From: Azolla caroliniana
Lineage: Eukaryota > Plantae > Polypodiophyta
Length of the DNA: 64,000 nt
Direction of reading: 5' to 3'
Assembly: GCA_043228905.1 (NCBI GenBank)
Contig: JBHGNT010000002.1
Coordinates: forward strand, 22,630,001-22,694,000
Part shown: piece after piece, positions 35,981 through 57,938 of the stretch
Layout of the letters: each line of letters starts with the position of its first letter
Position numbering within the stretch: position 1 is the stretch's first letter
Program-made: the position numbers and the translations under genes
The notes under the pieces: model-generated
What the model was told of the DNA's origin: nothing
Databases searched by the model: none
The model's input: only the letters and a program-made list of their open reading frames with translations

Positions 35981-38469
35981 ATACCAAATTCGACAATTTT
36001 GAATTTGTTTATGTCAATGCTTCCTTGGATTGACTTAACTTATGGAATTAATTATTCATGCACATCTCCCCAAAATTTGATATATCTACTGGTCAAATAT
36101 AATTGATTGTGTTGAAAGAATCCACAAGTAATGACATAAGTTTTCACTAACACGACATCATAATTCAAGGCTTTGGAGTAAATTAAAGAGTTTGTATTAG
36201 AATATGAGTTATGTCCTAATATTTTGCAATGACGCCAAAAATATACATTTGACATTGATATTGACATGAGGAGTTCCACAAATGACTCCTTTTACGTCAA
36301 CATGAAAACCAATGAAAATACATATATTGCTACACGATGGTATCATAAGAAGACAATCTTTATCGTGTGATAGTGTCTTATGTTGCAAAAGTGTAAGTTA
36401 ATATCAATCACATAATTGTATAGTTCAGAAAAGTACACAAATTCTAGCAAAATTGATGAAAACTAAATCTCTCTTCGTAGTAGATATTTTATGACAAGGC
36501 AACGTCTTGGAATATAGCATACAAGGCCACTCAATAATTTGTGAGGGAAATGATATGATCGTCTTGGAATGCATTTTCCTTGAAAATATACCATTGAAGA
36601 GTTTGCATTGACCATCTCAAAGTGGCTTAGGGAGTTGATGCGTGGAAAAGAGGGCCTAAGATTCAACCCTTTTAAGGCCATGTCTGCCCTTCTCAAAGCA
36701 TCAAACCTTTAGATACATTATTCGCAAATATCTTATTCGTTTTTAATATTTTAATTTGTGGTAGCCTTATGTTGATGTAGAGGCTGATGACATGAAAGAA
36801 GCCCTGAGAAAACCCACATGGCAATAGAAATATGCTAAAAAAAGGTCAATTTGAATAATTCATTATCTAGAGGACAAAAAGTCAAAGAACTTGTTATGAA
36901 GATAAGAAATGAGCCACAATAATCCCTTACGACAAGTCTGACATAGTTAAACATGCCATCATCTAATCTAATAAGCATGCGTGAAGCAAGAAAAATCAAA
37001 ACTTGACAACTACCTTGGCTTTGCCATATGTTGTATGGAAGAACTCCGTATTCATGAGAATTTTGGCTATTTTAAAATATGAAATTATTGATATCCATAA
37101 TAGAATAACATTTGTCTTATCCACAAGTTAGTGCCATTAAGTCAAAACTATGGAAAACTCTGCAAAACGAAAAAAAACATCATATCAAAAATTTCTCATA
37201 TCTCATTATGCATTAGACATTGTTTTTGCTAAAAAATCAGCACATGTTATCGTTTGAGATGACACACGCGACCAATTTGATCCTGAAAATTAGCTTATTA
37301 AATTCATTAACAAATTTAGTTATAAATGTCCATTAGAAAGAAGTGACATGTGCAAATGTGGATTGTCATTATGAAAAAATTGAGACAAAGGAATTTTACA
37401 TCTACGGAGAGTCATTATGGAAGTAATGAAGTTTCATACTTGTTTGTATAATGTTATAAAACACTATCCCAATAGGGTTTATATGCCTTCAATGAAGTAT
37501 TAGGATATGTCATGCAATTATGTGGAACCATAGAAAATTTGGTTAAGCTCTTGTAAGGAACATTATACTGTAATTCCTTTGGGAACAAGTTATCGTAAAG
37601 CCCAATTCCAAGAATTGCAAAATCATTCTTCTTCATTGCATGTCTAACATTGTGGTACTCCTTGCGGATCATAAAGCCAAAACCTACTTCTTATACTATT
37701 ATTTTTTAAATTTCCAAAAAAGGAGCTACTTTCCCATTAGTTAGGAGAGATTTTTACGAAAAAGACTATACAAGTATATAAATCGAGGAATCACCCCCCG
37801 GCCGAGTTCAAGATTATGAGACTACGTACATATCCCGCTTACTTTCTACTTAATGTGAGTAGGTATCTAGAGCTATAAACTAGTGGCAATCGTTGCCAGT
37901 CAGCACGCGCCTGATCCTCTAGCCTTCAAGGAAGGGAGGGTGGGAGGTGAGTAGGAAACATTGAGTGTGGGGGTTGTTATTTCCATCTCGGGCCGTTTCC
38001 TCCTTGCGTCACCATTGGTGTGTTCCTCCACTTTTGCCAAAAGTGTGGCCAAACCAAGAACCCACTTCTAAGTTTGTCAACCACGACATTATACAGTGCT
38101 GAGGGTATAGTTTTGGTTCCCTATGTGAAATTCAATGAAAGATGGATGAGAATATAATAGTTAATGATGACCAAAGTTGCAAGATAATGAGTTTTCTTAA
38201 TGGCATCAGCTTGAAAAATTATGTCTTATTTAAAATATATCTATGTTTCAAAGTTGTTGTCATGTTGCAACTTGCCCAAAGCATTTTCCTAGGAGTTTAT
38301 TTGTTGGACATCTCACCTCATATAATGCTATGGTATTAGGATATACCAAAGACTCCTTTAGAGAGATAGATAGATAACTGAATAGGTAGATTTTATTATT
38401 GACTTGAGAGATAGACAAAGAGAGTCAGATAGATTCTATTATCGTCTTTGGAGGTCAAATATGATCTAT

Positions 38470-40470
38470 GAGACCAAAAATATTACATTTCACGTGATAC
38501 ATGTCTGATGAATGTTGCAATTGAGAGTGCACATTGTGGTTGTGAGAGAAATTCGTGCAAAGGATTGGGCTTGGTCAAAGATGTGTGGAATGCATGGTTG
38601 AATATGATAAAAGGCAGAACATTGTATCAAAGTGTGATACTTGGACTCTCAAACTTGTTTAGTGCAAAGGCTACATAGTCGACCACTCTCATCACTTGTG
38701 CCATGGCGCCCCGTCTTTCATCGCAATGCATGTGAGCTAAGTCACATGGAAGCAATGGTTCGAATGGAAGCCAATGGAACGTGCTCTACATGTATCAATG
38801 TGTATGGTTTCCCTGTTCCCCGAAGAATATGGTTTTGTAGTTAGGTGCAACATGTGTAGTATAATGTGTGAAGCATGAGTCTCCACATTTTCCCCATGTC
38901 ATGATACATTGGCATTGCAAAAAGGCCTCATTTACAGAGGAATCTAGTGATGCATCATGAAGCCAATGTGTTGCATCCCATCTACAGAACCACTTTTTCA
39001 TATCTTGCATTAAACTAGAACATACAATTTTATTTTTATGCGTCTTTTGGATCTTTTTGCTTGCTTCCCATACAATTCTAGGAAGTCAATGTGAGGGACT
39101 TTTTTGAACCTTAAGCATGTATTCAACAACCCTTTCTATGGCCATGATCTCAACGGGAAATTATCTCGTCTCAAGGAGAAGGAGGAGGATGTATGACGTT
39201 TGTTTCTTAACTTGTAGAAACTTTGTAAGAAAATGTTTTTGGACATTTTCAAACTCTTTCCAAGTAGATTTAGGGATGCTCCCACCCCATACTTTCATCC
39301 CATAGAGAAGCCATGCTGTCACCAAAGTGTCGAAAAGGTATTTCTTGAGGACCCAACACTTAATATCTCCATGATTGCATGTGTTCCCAAATGCATAATA
39401 TACTCGCTTTCCCGCCTCTAAGTGGTGTGTAGCACATTCATCCATCTATGATTTGAAGGAACTTCAAGGCCAAGATATTTGAAGCTTTCCACACATTCAA
39501 GTGGCTCATTATTGTACATAATAATGGCTCATCTCTTTTTAGGCTCTTCATAAGCATAATCTTTGTTTTAGAGCTATTAACATTTAATTTCATATGCATG
39601 CAATTTTTTTTTTCAATGTCTTCATAAATTTTTGTACATCTCCAAAAGTATTTGCAAAAAGCACTATATCATTTGCATATAGCAAAAGCATAATGACAAC
39701 ATTCCCGATTGCAAATTCTTCAACACCTTCTTCCTTTACAAACTTGGCAACTATTTCTTCCAATTCATCAATTCATAGACCAAATAGAATTGGTGAGAGT
39801 GGGCATCCTTGCTTAACACCAATAGTGTTACCGAAAACATTTGAAAGTTTATCGCTCATACGCACACAACATATAACCTTCTCATATATTCGGGAGATTC
39901 TAAGCATATATTCACTTGACACCTTGAGTTCTTCCATTCGCCTCCAAAGTTGCTCGTGAGGTACCATATCAAAAGCTTTCTAAAAGTCTACGAAGCAACA
40001 ATATAAACCTTTACCACTAAGGCGACTTTCCTCCATTAATACTTGAAGGGTGACAAGGTGATCAATGGTGCTATGGTGTTTTCGAAAGCCAACTTGTCCA
40101 TAAGCTCGCTTACCATTATTTTTCAGCCCATGCACTGATTCTATTATACATCCAAATAGTTGTGCCATTAGTGAGCCAATCACGATGGTTTGATAGTTGT
40201 TTACATTATTTACATCTCCACCTTTTGTAAAGGTTTGATCCAATTTGTAGTCCAATCATATGGCATAGCATGTTGCAATGCATGATTAAACATATCTCTT
40301 ATCCACGCATGTGCTTCCTTTCTTGTCCATTTGAGCATTTCAACCTTTATACATTGAAGGTCACTTGGCTTTCGCGAGGCCAATTTCTTAAATCCTATGC
40401 ATATATCTTTGATTGTAAAGAAGGGAGACATATGTGAAAGAGAACCATAACACATCATGTTTCATGCTAT
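38470..40470 (-). mobile_element. 5'-truncated, decayed RTE-like LINE (RT and C-terminal region)
   Basis: Fragmented ORFs with GFRKHHSTIDHLVTL, LYCCFVDF, KAFDMVP, IGVKQGCPLSPILFGL, LLYAND (YADD position) and FKYLG; multiple stops and frameshifts. Confidence 0.85.
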
Positions 40471-40479
40471 TGGCTATTG

Positions 40480-42760
40480 TTACACATCCTTTGCTAGCAA
40501 TATTGTCCAATCTTGTAGTTAGTGGTGATATTGTGGCTTACATCTTCCTTTTGGTGGACAATTAGTTGCACAAGCATTGGCTGATGATTCTTTTATGTTT
40601 CTACGAGCCTCAAAAGAAAATCCTGAAAGGAGTATGTAAGTTTGGGGTCAATTTGCCTTGCTATTAGGGTTGCATATAAATTGGTGGAACTCTCACCTTG
40701 GTGAAGGCTAATGATTACACAAGGATCAATTTATCGACATTTGTGTTTTGAAAAAAGAAGAAATAAAATAATAAAAATTTATTAGCATTTGGGGTATCCA
40801 TTGGGTGTTGATGTTACAAATGTTCAACTAATTGACTGGATTGGTAGAAAATTAAAGGACAACTTTACGTATTGGAAGTTTCAATTATGGCCCTTTCATG
40901 TATGACTCAAAGAAGTGCAATGTATCTTGATACCCATGCTATTATATTTTCTATCATTACTTCCTTGGACTAAGAAAGCATTGCAAATATTGTTCCGACC
41001 TCTTCGGTTCATGTTGTGGTGGAACAGATAAACGATGGGAATAACATGGGTTTCATGGAACCATTTGGCTACTACCAAATAGTTAGGTAGCGCATCAATA
41101 TTGGATTTGGAAATGCATTTGGTGGCTTGTAGATTTGCATTATTAGGAGATATGTGTTAACAAGATCAACCATGAATATCTATAATGCAATATTTTATTA
41201 AGCATGAAGGATTGGTGCATGGGAAAACAAATATTCAAGCATCGTGGTGGCCATTACTCAATGGATGTATTCCGCTAAAGATTCAACATTATGTTTGCGA
41301 ACAATAGTTCATGAGGTCATGCCAAGATGCATTATCTTTGTAATTCATTACACAATGAATTGCTTGTTTCTTTTGGAGTGTTGTATTGGCATGGAAAAGA
41401 GAAGCTTGATCTCAGTTCAATCATTTATTTTGATTGGGGGTTGTACTTTTGGGAGATGTGATTGATAATGAATCTCAAAGGTTGTCAGAATTTGAAGATG
41501 CCAAACGACGGTTATGCATTCCCCCAAATTATGGATTTATTTGGGTGAAATTGCAAGATATACCATTGTTGCATGGATCTTTGCCATGGAAAACAAATGT
41601 TGCGCCTTGGGTGGATTGACAATTATAGTATGGTATACACTTGTTATAGGTCACTATAAATATATTGTATCATCATGCAACAACGCCATTATCTTGGTTA
41701 TCTCCAAAAGCAGAAAAGATGTGGAATGTATGTAAGTTTAATGCAAGGTAGTTGCAAATATTACAACATGGTTGGCAATGGGCATTCCCATTTTCCATTT
41801 CATGCAAAGGTATTCATATGGAGAGCCATGATTGGTGGGCTCTAGGTTTAGTCTTAAAGAGATAGGGGCTAGGGTCAAGGACATGCTTCTTTTGCACCAT
41901 TCCATTGGAGGACGATATTGTTAACCATTTGGAAGGAAACACACACTAGCCACGAAGAAGAATGCACCAACAAAGTCCATACAAACCTAGAAGACATACA
42001 AAAAGGGGAGTAGAAGCAACCAATAAAGGGAAAGGCAAGCCAATGGGCAACCTAGTGTGAAACGATCACACTTACAATGTAAAGGCTATAAAAGCCACCT
42101 TGTGGTGACTTTTGAGCCTCTTCTTCATTCTTAAGAAATCTCATAATGATTAGAACTCTAAGCGTCCTCTCCTTTTTGTAATCATAAGCTAAAGAGAGAT
42201 TAGAGATAATGTATATTTAAGATATGTTAATATCTCCTCTTGTTGGTGCAACACTTCTTAGTAAGAGGGTGTAATATACATATTCTTCTTCATCTTCTAC
42301 TTGTTTAGGAGAGCAAGAAAGATAGTGTGTGAGAGATATTAAGTACTAATCACATATATCGTTAAGTGAGTTAGGGGCTCAAGGGTACTTGACAACTACC
42401 CTTGCCCGGGTCACCATCAAGAGGGTATATGCCGGTCTGGATACAAGCAAATGAAATCGATGGAAGGGACAACTTCATCGATTCATAGAGGTGTATTCCG
42501 TGAGGCACACGAATCCTACACAAGTACACATAGGTTCATTAAATGTCCTATAGTGTGTATCATTTGGAAATACTTATTTGGAAATTTGGTAAGTTTTAAC
42601 TGGTTGTTATTTGAGGCCTCAACAATGGGTTTTTCCTCGTATGTTCAAAATGGTCCAAATGATGAGATGGAGATATTGTTCCAATTTTTACGGTATTGGG
42701 GATTGCAATACAATTGGAATATGCGTAATGCTTTCATGTTTGAGTGTAAATAATTACGTT
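40480..42760 (+). mobile_element. Decayed L1-type LINE 3' half, with unrelated sequence at about 41830-42400
   Basis: ALADDSFMFL (about 40575), GYPLGVD (about 40792), STHRFIKCP..IWKYL (42451 ORF). Confidence 0.55.
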
Positions 42761-42769
42761 AAGTAACTA

Positions 42770-44520
42770 TGTTAGGCGGAATGGATTAGATGTGTGTTTA
42801 TGTGTGTGTGTGAGAGAGAGAGGAGAAGAGACACAAGGTAGATAGATAGAAGATAGAAGACTCAAATGTCTATTAATCAAGGAATAAGAAAATAAACTAG
42901 CAATCAGCTAAATACAAAGGAAGGAGGGAGGTGCTTTATATAATGTCACTCCTCTCTACATTCTCTCACTAAAACCCCCACTCTCTCTCTAGAGACTCAT
43001 TAGTTATGTGTCATAGAATCAAAAGGGTTTATACAGTCTCAAAATGGTGTGTTCACACACTAGACTTAGGTTGAGTTTGATTCTCAACACGCCCCTTCAA
43101 GCTCAACTATGTCATGATTGAGTCAACTATTAGGTCGGCTATCACTCCCCCTCAAGCTCGGCAAGTCGTAGGTCGAAAGGCCAAGCTTGGTCAAAAATTG
43201 CCGAAGCTTGTAGATCACCAAAGCTTTCGTGAACATGTCGGTTGTTTGAAGATTGATACTGATATGTTGAAGATTGACATCCCCTGCAATGGCATGTTCT
43301 CGGATGAGGTGGTAGTGCACCTCGATGTGCTTTGCCCGAGCATGGAATATCGGGTTCCAAGCCAAGTGGATGTTGCTAAGATTGTCGCAGTAGATTAGGA
43401 TTGGGTCGTTGATGGAGACACCAAGGTCTTTCAAGATTCGCTTAAGCCATACGACTTCACATCCAACCACCACCGCGCCCTTGTATTCGTCCTCTGTGCT
43501 CGAAAGTGCAAGGTCGACTGCTTTTAACTGCACCGCGATATTGCTCCACTACCGATGGAAAAAACAAATCCAGAGGTTGATCGTCTATTGGCCTTATAGC
43601 CAACCCAATCGACATTTGTGTACCCTTCGAGTCGAATTGGTGTGGCCGATTTGTAGAGGATGTTGTAATCCATCACCCCACTTACATACATGAGTACTCA
43701 CTTAACACAGTCCAGATGGATGCCTCGAGGTGTCTTCATAAACTGGTTAAGGAGGTTGATAAGATAATTGAGGTTGGGTCAAGTAATGTTGAGGTAGATC
43801 AGGCTTCCGACTAGCTTACGATAGTGAGTCGGCTCACACTCTTTTGTGCCGGAGTCGGCATCTAGCTTCAGGTTTCGATTGAGAGGGTTCCACAGATTTG
43901 CACTCAATCATGTCGAACTTGTATAACAAGTTGAGAATGTAGTGCCATTGGGAGATCATAATGCCAGTTGGGGTCCAAATTACTTACATACCTAGAAAGT
44001 AATGGAGCTCCTTCATATCTTTCATTTCAACGTTTCCGGAGAAGCATCTTGATCTTGTTGATGTCGCCTATGTGTTCTCCACCAATCACCGAGTCATCCA
44101 CGTATAAGATGATGAAGATTGAGCTTCCTGAATTTCTCCTCACATAGAGAGAGTTGTCAAATTTGGACATTTGAAAGCCAATCTGGTGAAGATATTGTGT
44201 TATCTTCGAGTGTCATGCTCTGGGTGCCTGCTTAAGGCCGTAGAGAGGCTTTTTGAGTTGGCATACCATTTTTGGATGTGTGCTCGATTCAAAGCCAAGT
44301 AGTTGTACCATGTACACCTCCAGAAAGGTGCCACCTGGCAGAAAGGTATTTTTTACATCCATTTGATGGAGGTGCCACCCTTTCGCTATTGCAAGCGCTA
44401 TCACGGTCTGCACAATTGTCCTCTTTTCCACTGAGGCAAAGGTCTCTTCATAGTCGACTCCATCTGTCTGTGTGTAACCTTTCGTTACGAGATGAGCTTT
44501 GCATCAGTTGATGGAGCCAT
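42770..44520 (-). mobile_element. Truncated, decayed Ty1/copia (RT-RNaseH plus 3' LTR 42770-43089)
   Basis: WHLHQMDVKN, LYGLKQAPRA, LYVDD, ALSSTEDEY, YCDN, HARAKHIEVHYH. The LTR reads TGTTGAG...CCTAACA on the minus strand and is preceded by a polypurine tract. No 5' half seen. Confidence 0.9.
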
Positions 44521-45355
44521 TCGTACCATGCCACCAATTCATCAAAGACTACATCTTGACTTACGCGAACCTTTCAAGTAAAGGGGTTGAAGCATTAGTG
44601 ACAGACTTAATCTAGTACAATCCAATACTATGAATTTGAGAATGTGTACCACTTAAGTGCAATCCGACGATGGGAGAGAATAGCAAAAATAGTATTTGAT
44701 GAACATGTGGTGCAAATTCTGCTATATGGAATTGACGTCTGTGATATAGATGAATCTCACTCTCTTGTTGCTAGCTTGGTGGTTTATACCATGCGACAAA
44801 GTCACAAAGTTGAGAAAATGCTATTGTGAATCCTAACAAGACATGCCAACAAGTGCATAACATACAGATTATAAAAACGAACACAATTGGGCAAACAACA
44901 TTTGTTTATACACAGAATCTCAATTACTCAATCGGAAATCCACCATTTTCATAGAATAATACAACTAGCTTGATGCCAGCTCTTGTTCAAGATCTGACCT
45001 ACATAAATTGGCATTACATAGTATAAAAAGCATGTGCACACATGTTCACTTCGCTATTGATGGTTCCCCTAACATGACTAAAATACATGTCTACATTCAT
45101 ATCATGTAACTACATCCTAATAATGGGGCATTCTCCAAATTTATCATCTCATGTCTAAATCTAAAGCCTCTTCATTCCACAGAAAAGAAAAATAAAGTGT
45201 AAGACAGATGGATAGGATGAAATACATGGCAATTTTCTTCCAAAAACACGGAGGAATCTTTGTACCATGCCTTTTTTATCTGACTTCGTGTTTTTGGCAA
45301 TCATTTCTTCCATATGCATATATTGAAACACAAAACTTGCCCAGTCATTGTCCAT

Positions 45356-55122
<9,767 letters not shown>

Positions 55123-55338
55123 TTTATTGCCTTCTCTCGAGAGAGACTTTCTTTCTTCTGGTACCACCCAACAAACATGAGAGGATAATGCAATATGGTA
55201 AAGAGAGGAAAAATCATGTGGGTTTTCCATTATTTCACCAGATGCCCCCCTAAAGTTTCTTTCAATTGTTTGCACAGAGAGAGAGAGAGAGAGAGAAAGG
55301 AGACTTATAGTCGAGAAACTTTTGGATGAATTGACTAG

Positions 55339-55355
55339 AAACCCTAAACCCTAAA
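55339..55355. promoter_or_regulatory. Tandem telo-box-like motif upstream of the UMP kinase gene
   Basis: AAACCCTAAACCCTAAA about 100-220 bp upstream of the candidate ATGs. Confidence 0.45.
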
Positions 55356-56059
55356 TTTCTCGAGTGAAGGTAATAATAAGAGAGTAAGTAAGCATAGGAG
55401 CATTCAATTTGAATGATATATAACTCATGAAAACATCACATGAATCAACATGATGACCCTAAACAATAATCTGCGTAATTGTAATTGCATGAGACGAGGT
55501 TGCTAAAGGGCATTCATGAGATTAACAAAAACTTAGGGCCATTGAGCTAGATCTGCCCAAAAAAACTTAAAACAAGTTTTAAATCGTTGTAGCCACAAAA
55601 TGGTATATGGTTTCCTACGATGAAGCGAAAAGGAATTTCTCGTATAAAAGTTTTTTATTGGAAAACCCCACGTCATGTTTTCCAATATTGTAGTAGGTGT
55701 TGAAAACATTGTCTTGTAAATAACCATTTTTATTCAACGTCAATCTTTGGCACATCCTTGTAAATCTTGCCTTTCTTGCTCATAATATAAAATCCTTTTC
55801 TTCTCACTCTCTTCGCTAAATCAATCTAGTTTTTTGCCTTCAACCCATGACAATTTGAACTGGAAGCCCTTTTTCTTTTTTTTCTTTGTGTCTTCCGAGG
55901 AACATTAGGAAGGTTTTTTTGCATAGCCATGGAATGGAGTCTATAAGCAAGCAAGACTTTTGGGACAACACCGACATGCTTTGCATTGTGACTAGAGAAT
56001 AAATCACTATTGTTGTATAGATTCAATGGCTTTACTAACAAGTTTCGAGAGTGCTTCAA

Positions 56060-56540
56060 CGATACATAAGAGCGTTAGAACAACAATCAACAAGATATGA
56101 AGATTAAGCCAAGGAGATTGTCTAACCTCAACTTACGTTGTGGATTAATTTCCTCTTGCATGTGATGACCTACGGGATGAGGAGATGTTGACAGATTTGT
56201 TTCAACATGGCTATCAAAATCGCATCACGGATATGTTGCTTACATTAAGTGAGGTGATTAGTCAAGCTATAAGATGTGATAATCATCTATTTGAGCAACA
56301 TTTAGAGCATGACCAAATATCTTGTCCAAGATTGGAGCAAACATATACATCGACGGTAGTAGCACCACCTTTTGTACCCACACAATAAATCATCCCCATA
56401 GGGGGGGGCCCTCACTCTAGTGGAAATTGAGGCAAATGATCATCAAGGGACACTAATAGAAGCTAAAAAGTAGTAATGGCTTCGTGTCTCTATTGTGGTG
56501 GTATGGGACACATACCAATAATTTGTCCACGCCATCTTAG
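56060..56540 (+). mobile_element. Decayed Ty3/gypsy-type gag fragment
   Basis: TLSEVISQAIRCDN, GP-..EIE (PMEID-like) and the zinc knuckle CLYCGGMGHIPIICP. Confidence 0.55.
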
Positions 56541-56809
56541 AAGAAAAGTTAATGAAGTGATATGGACGTTTGAGTACACAATCATACCATTTGATCTCAT
56601 AATTGAACCAACAATTTCTCGACGAACAAGAAAAAAAGGTCGATGGCTTCGTGTCTCTATTGTGGTGGTATGGGACACATACCAATAATTTGTCCACGCC
56701 ATCTTAGAAGAAAAGTTAATGAAGTGATATGGACGTTTGAGTACACAATCATACCATTTGATCTCATAATTGAACCAACAATTTCTCGACGAACAAGAAA
56801 AAAAGGTCG
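56476..56809. repeat. Apparently perfect 167-bp tandem duplication
   Basis: 56476-56642 and 56643-56809 look identical by eye. Confidence 0.92.
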
Positions 56810-56923
56810 TTGACGTTTTTCCCGATATTTTGTCTTCATTTTTCTTGGGGACACTAGTGCCAAGAGTAAATCATTATTTGTTACGAATCTATAGAGAGAG
56901 GGGCCATTATGTAGGTACTCATT

Positions 56924-56976
<53 letters not shown>

Positions 56977-57938
56977 AAGGGACTAGATTCTGAAATTAGG
57001 GGTGTGAATTATATTGGAACCGTTAAACCATGGGCTTCAAAGGTTCGGTTCGGTTCGAGCTGAAACCGAGCCGTAGCTATGTGTGTGTACAGTGTGTGTG
57101 GTGTTGGGAGGGGTACTGTAGTAAATATGGAAATGATTCAGGTCAGGGGTATTCTCGTAATTATGAGAATTTGCAGGTCAGGCGTACACGGGAAGGCTTT
57201 TTTTCCTTTCTCTCGAGGCCATGGCGTGCTGGAGCAACTCCTCTTCGTCTGCAGACCTAAAGGTTATTCAGAACTCATTCTCTTTTCTCCATGTATTCGT
57301 ATGATCTCTGGGACCTTCCTTTCTTCTTCAATTCAAGAAACCATTGCGCAGTGTTTGTTTGAACAGGAAGACGAAGAAGAATGATGATGATGAATGGATT
57401 TCAGTTTTCAAAAGGGAAGCATCAGTGACAAAAGACGGGATTATTGGGACAAATCTTGTCTTTTTAGTGTAAGATGAAAAGATGATGAATGATGAATGAT
57501 GAAGAGGATGAAGATGATGAAGAAGATGATGATGAAAACGAAGAAAGATCGAGTTTCTTTTAAAAGAAAAAGTATCAGAGAGAAAGTTCGGAGATAAATG
57601 CATCACATGAACATAACCCAAGAAATGAGAGAAACGGAGTAGAAAATTCATGTATTTCTGAGATATATGTTGAAATGTATGCATTTAGAGTAAGGGACCA
57701 CGGTACAATGTTTTTTTGAAAGGAAATCATAAAAAAGAAGAAGAGAGATCATAGGATGGGAGAAGAAATAAGTGAAAATTTAGGTTTACATCTGTCAAAA
57801 GCTGTGTATAAATGCATAGAAAAGAAGAAGAAGAAGATGATGATGATGACAACGATGAATAAGAAACTGACGGATTGAATTTTCTTACATGAAGACAAAT
57901 GGATTAGGAACTCATGCTACTTCAATCACATTTTTTCA

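Noticed and set aside
41919-42394. Candidate solo LTR (TG...CA, TATA-like box) inside the L1 relic
   Set aside because: No matching 5-bp TSD at the candidate ends.
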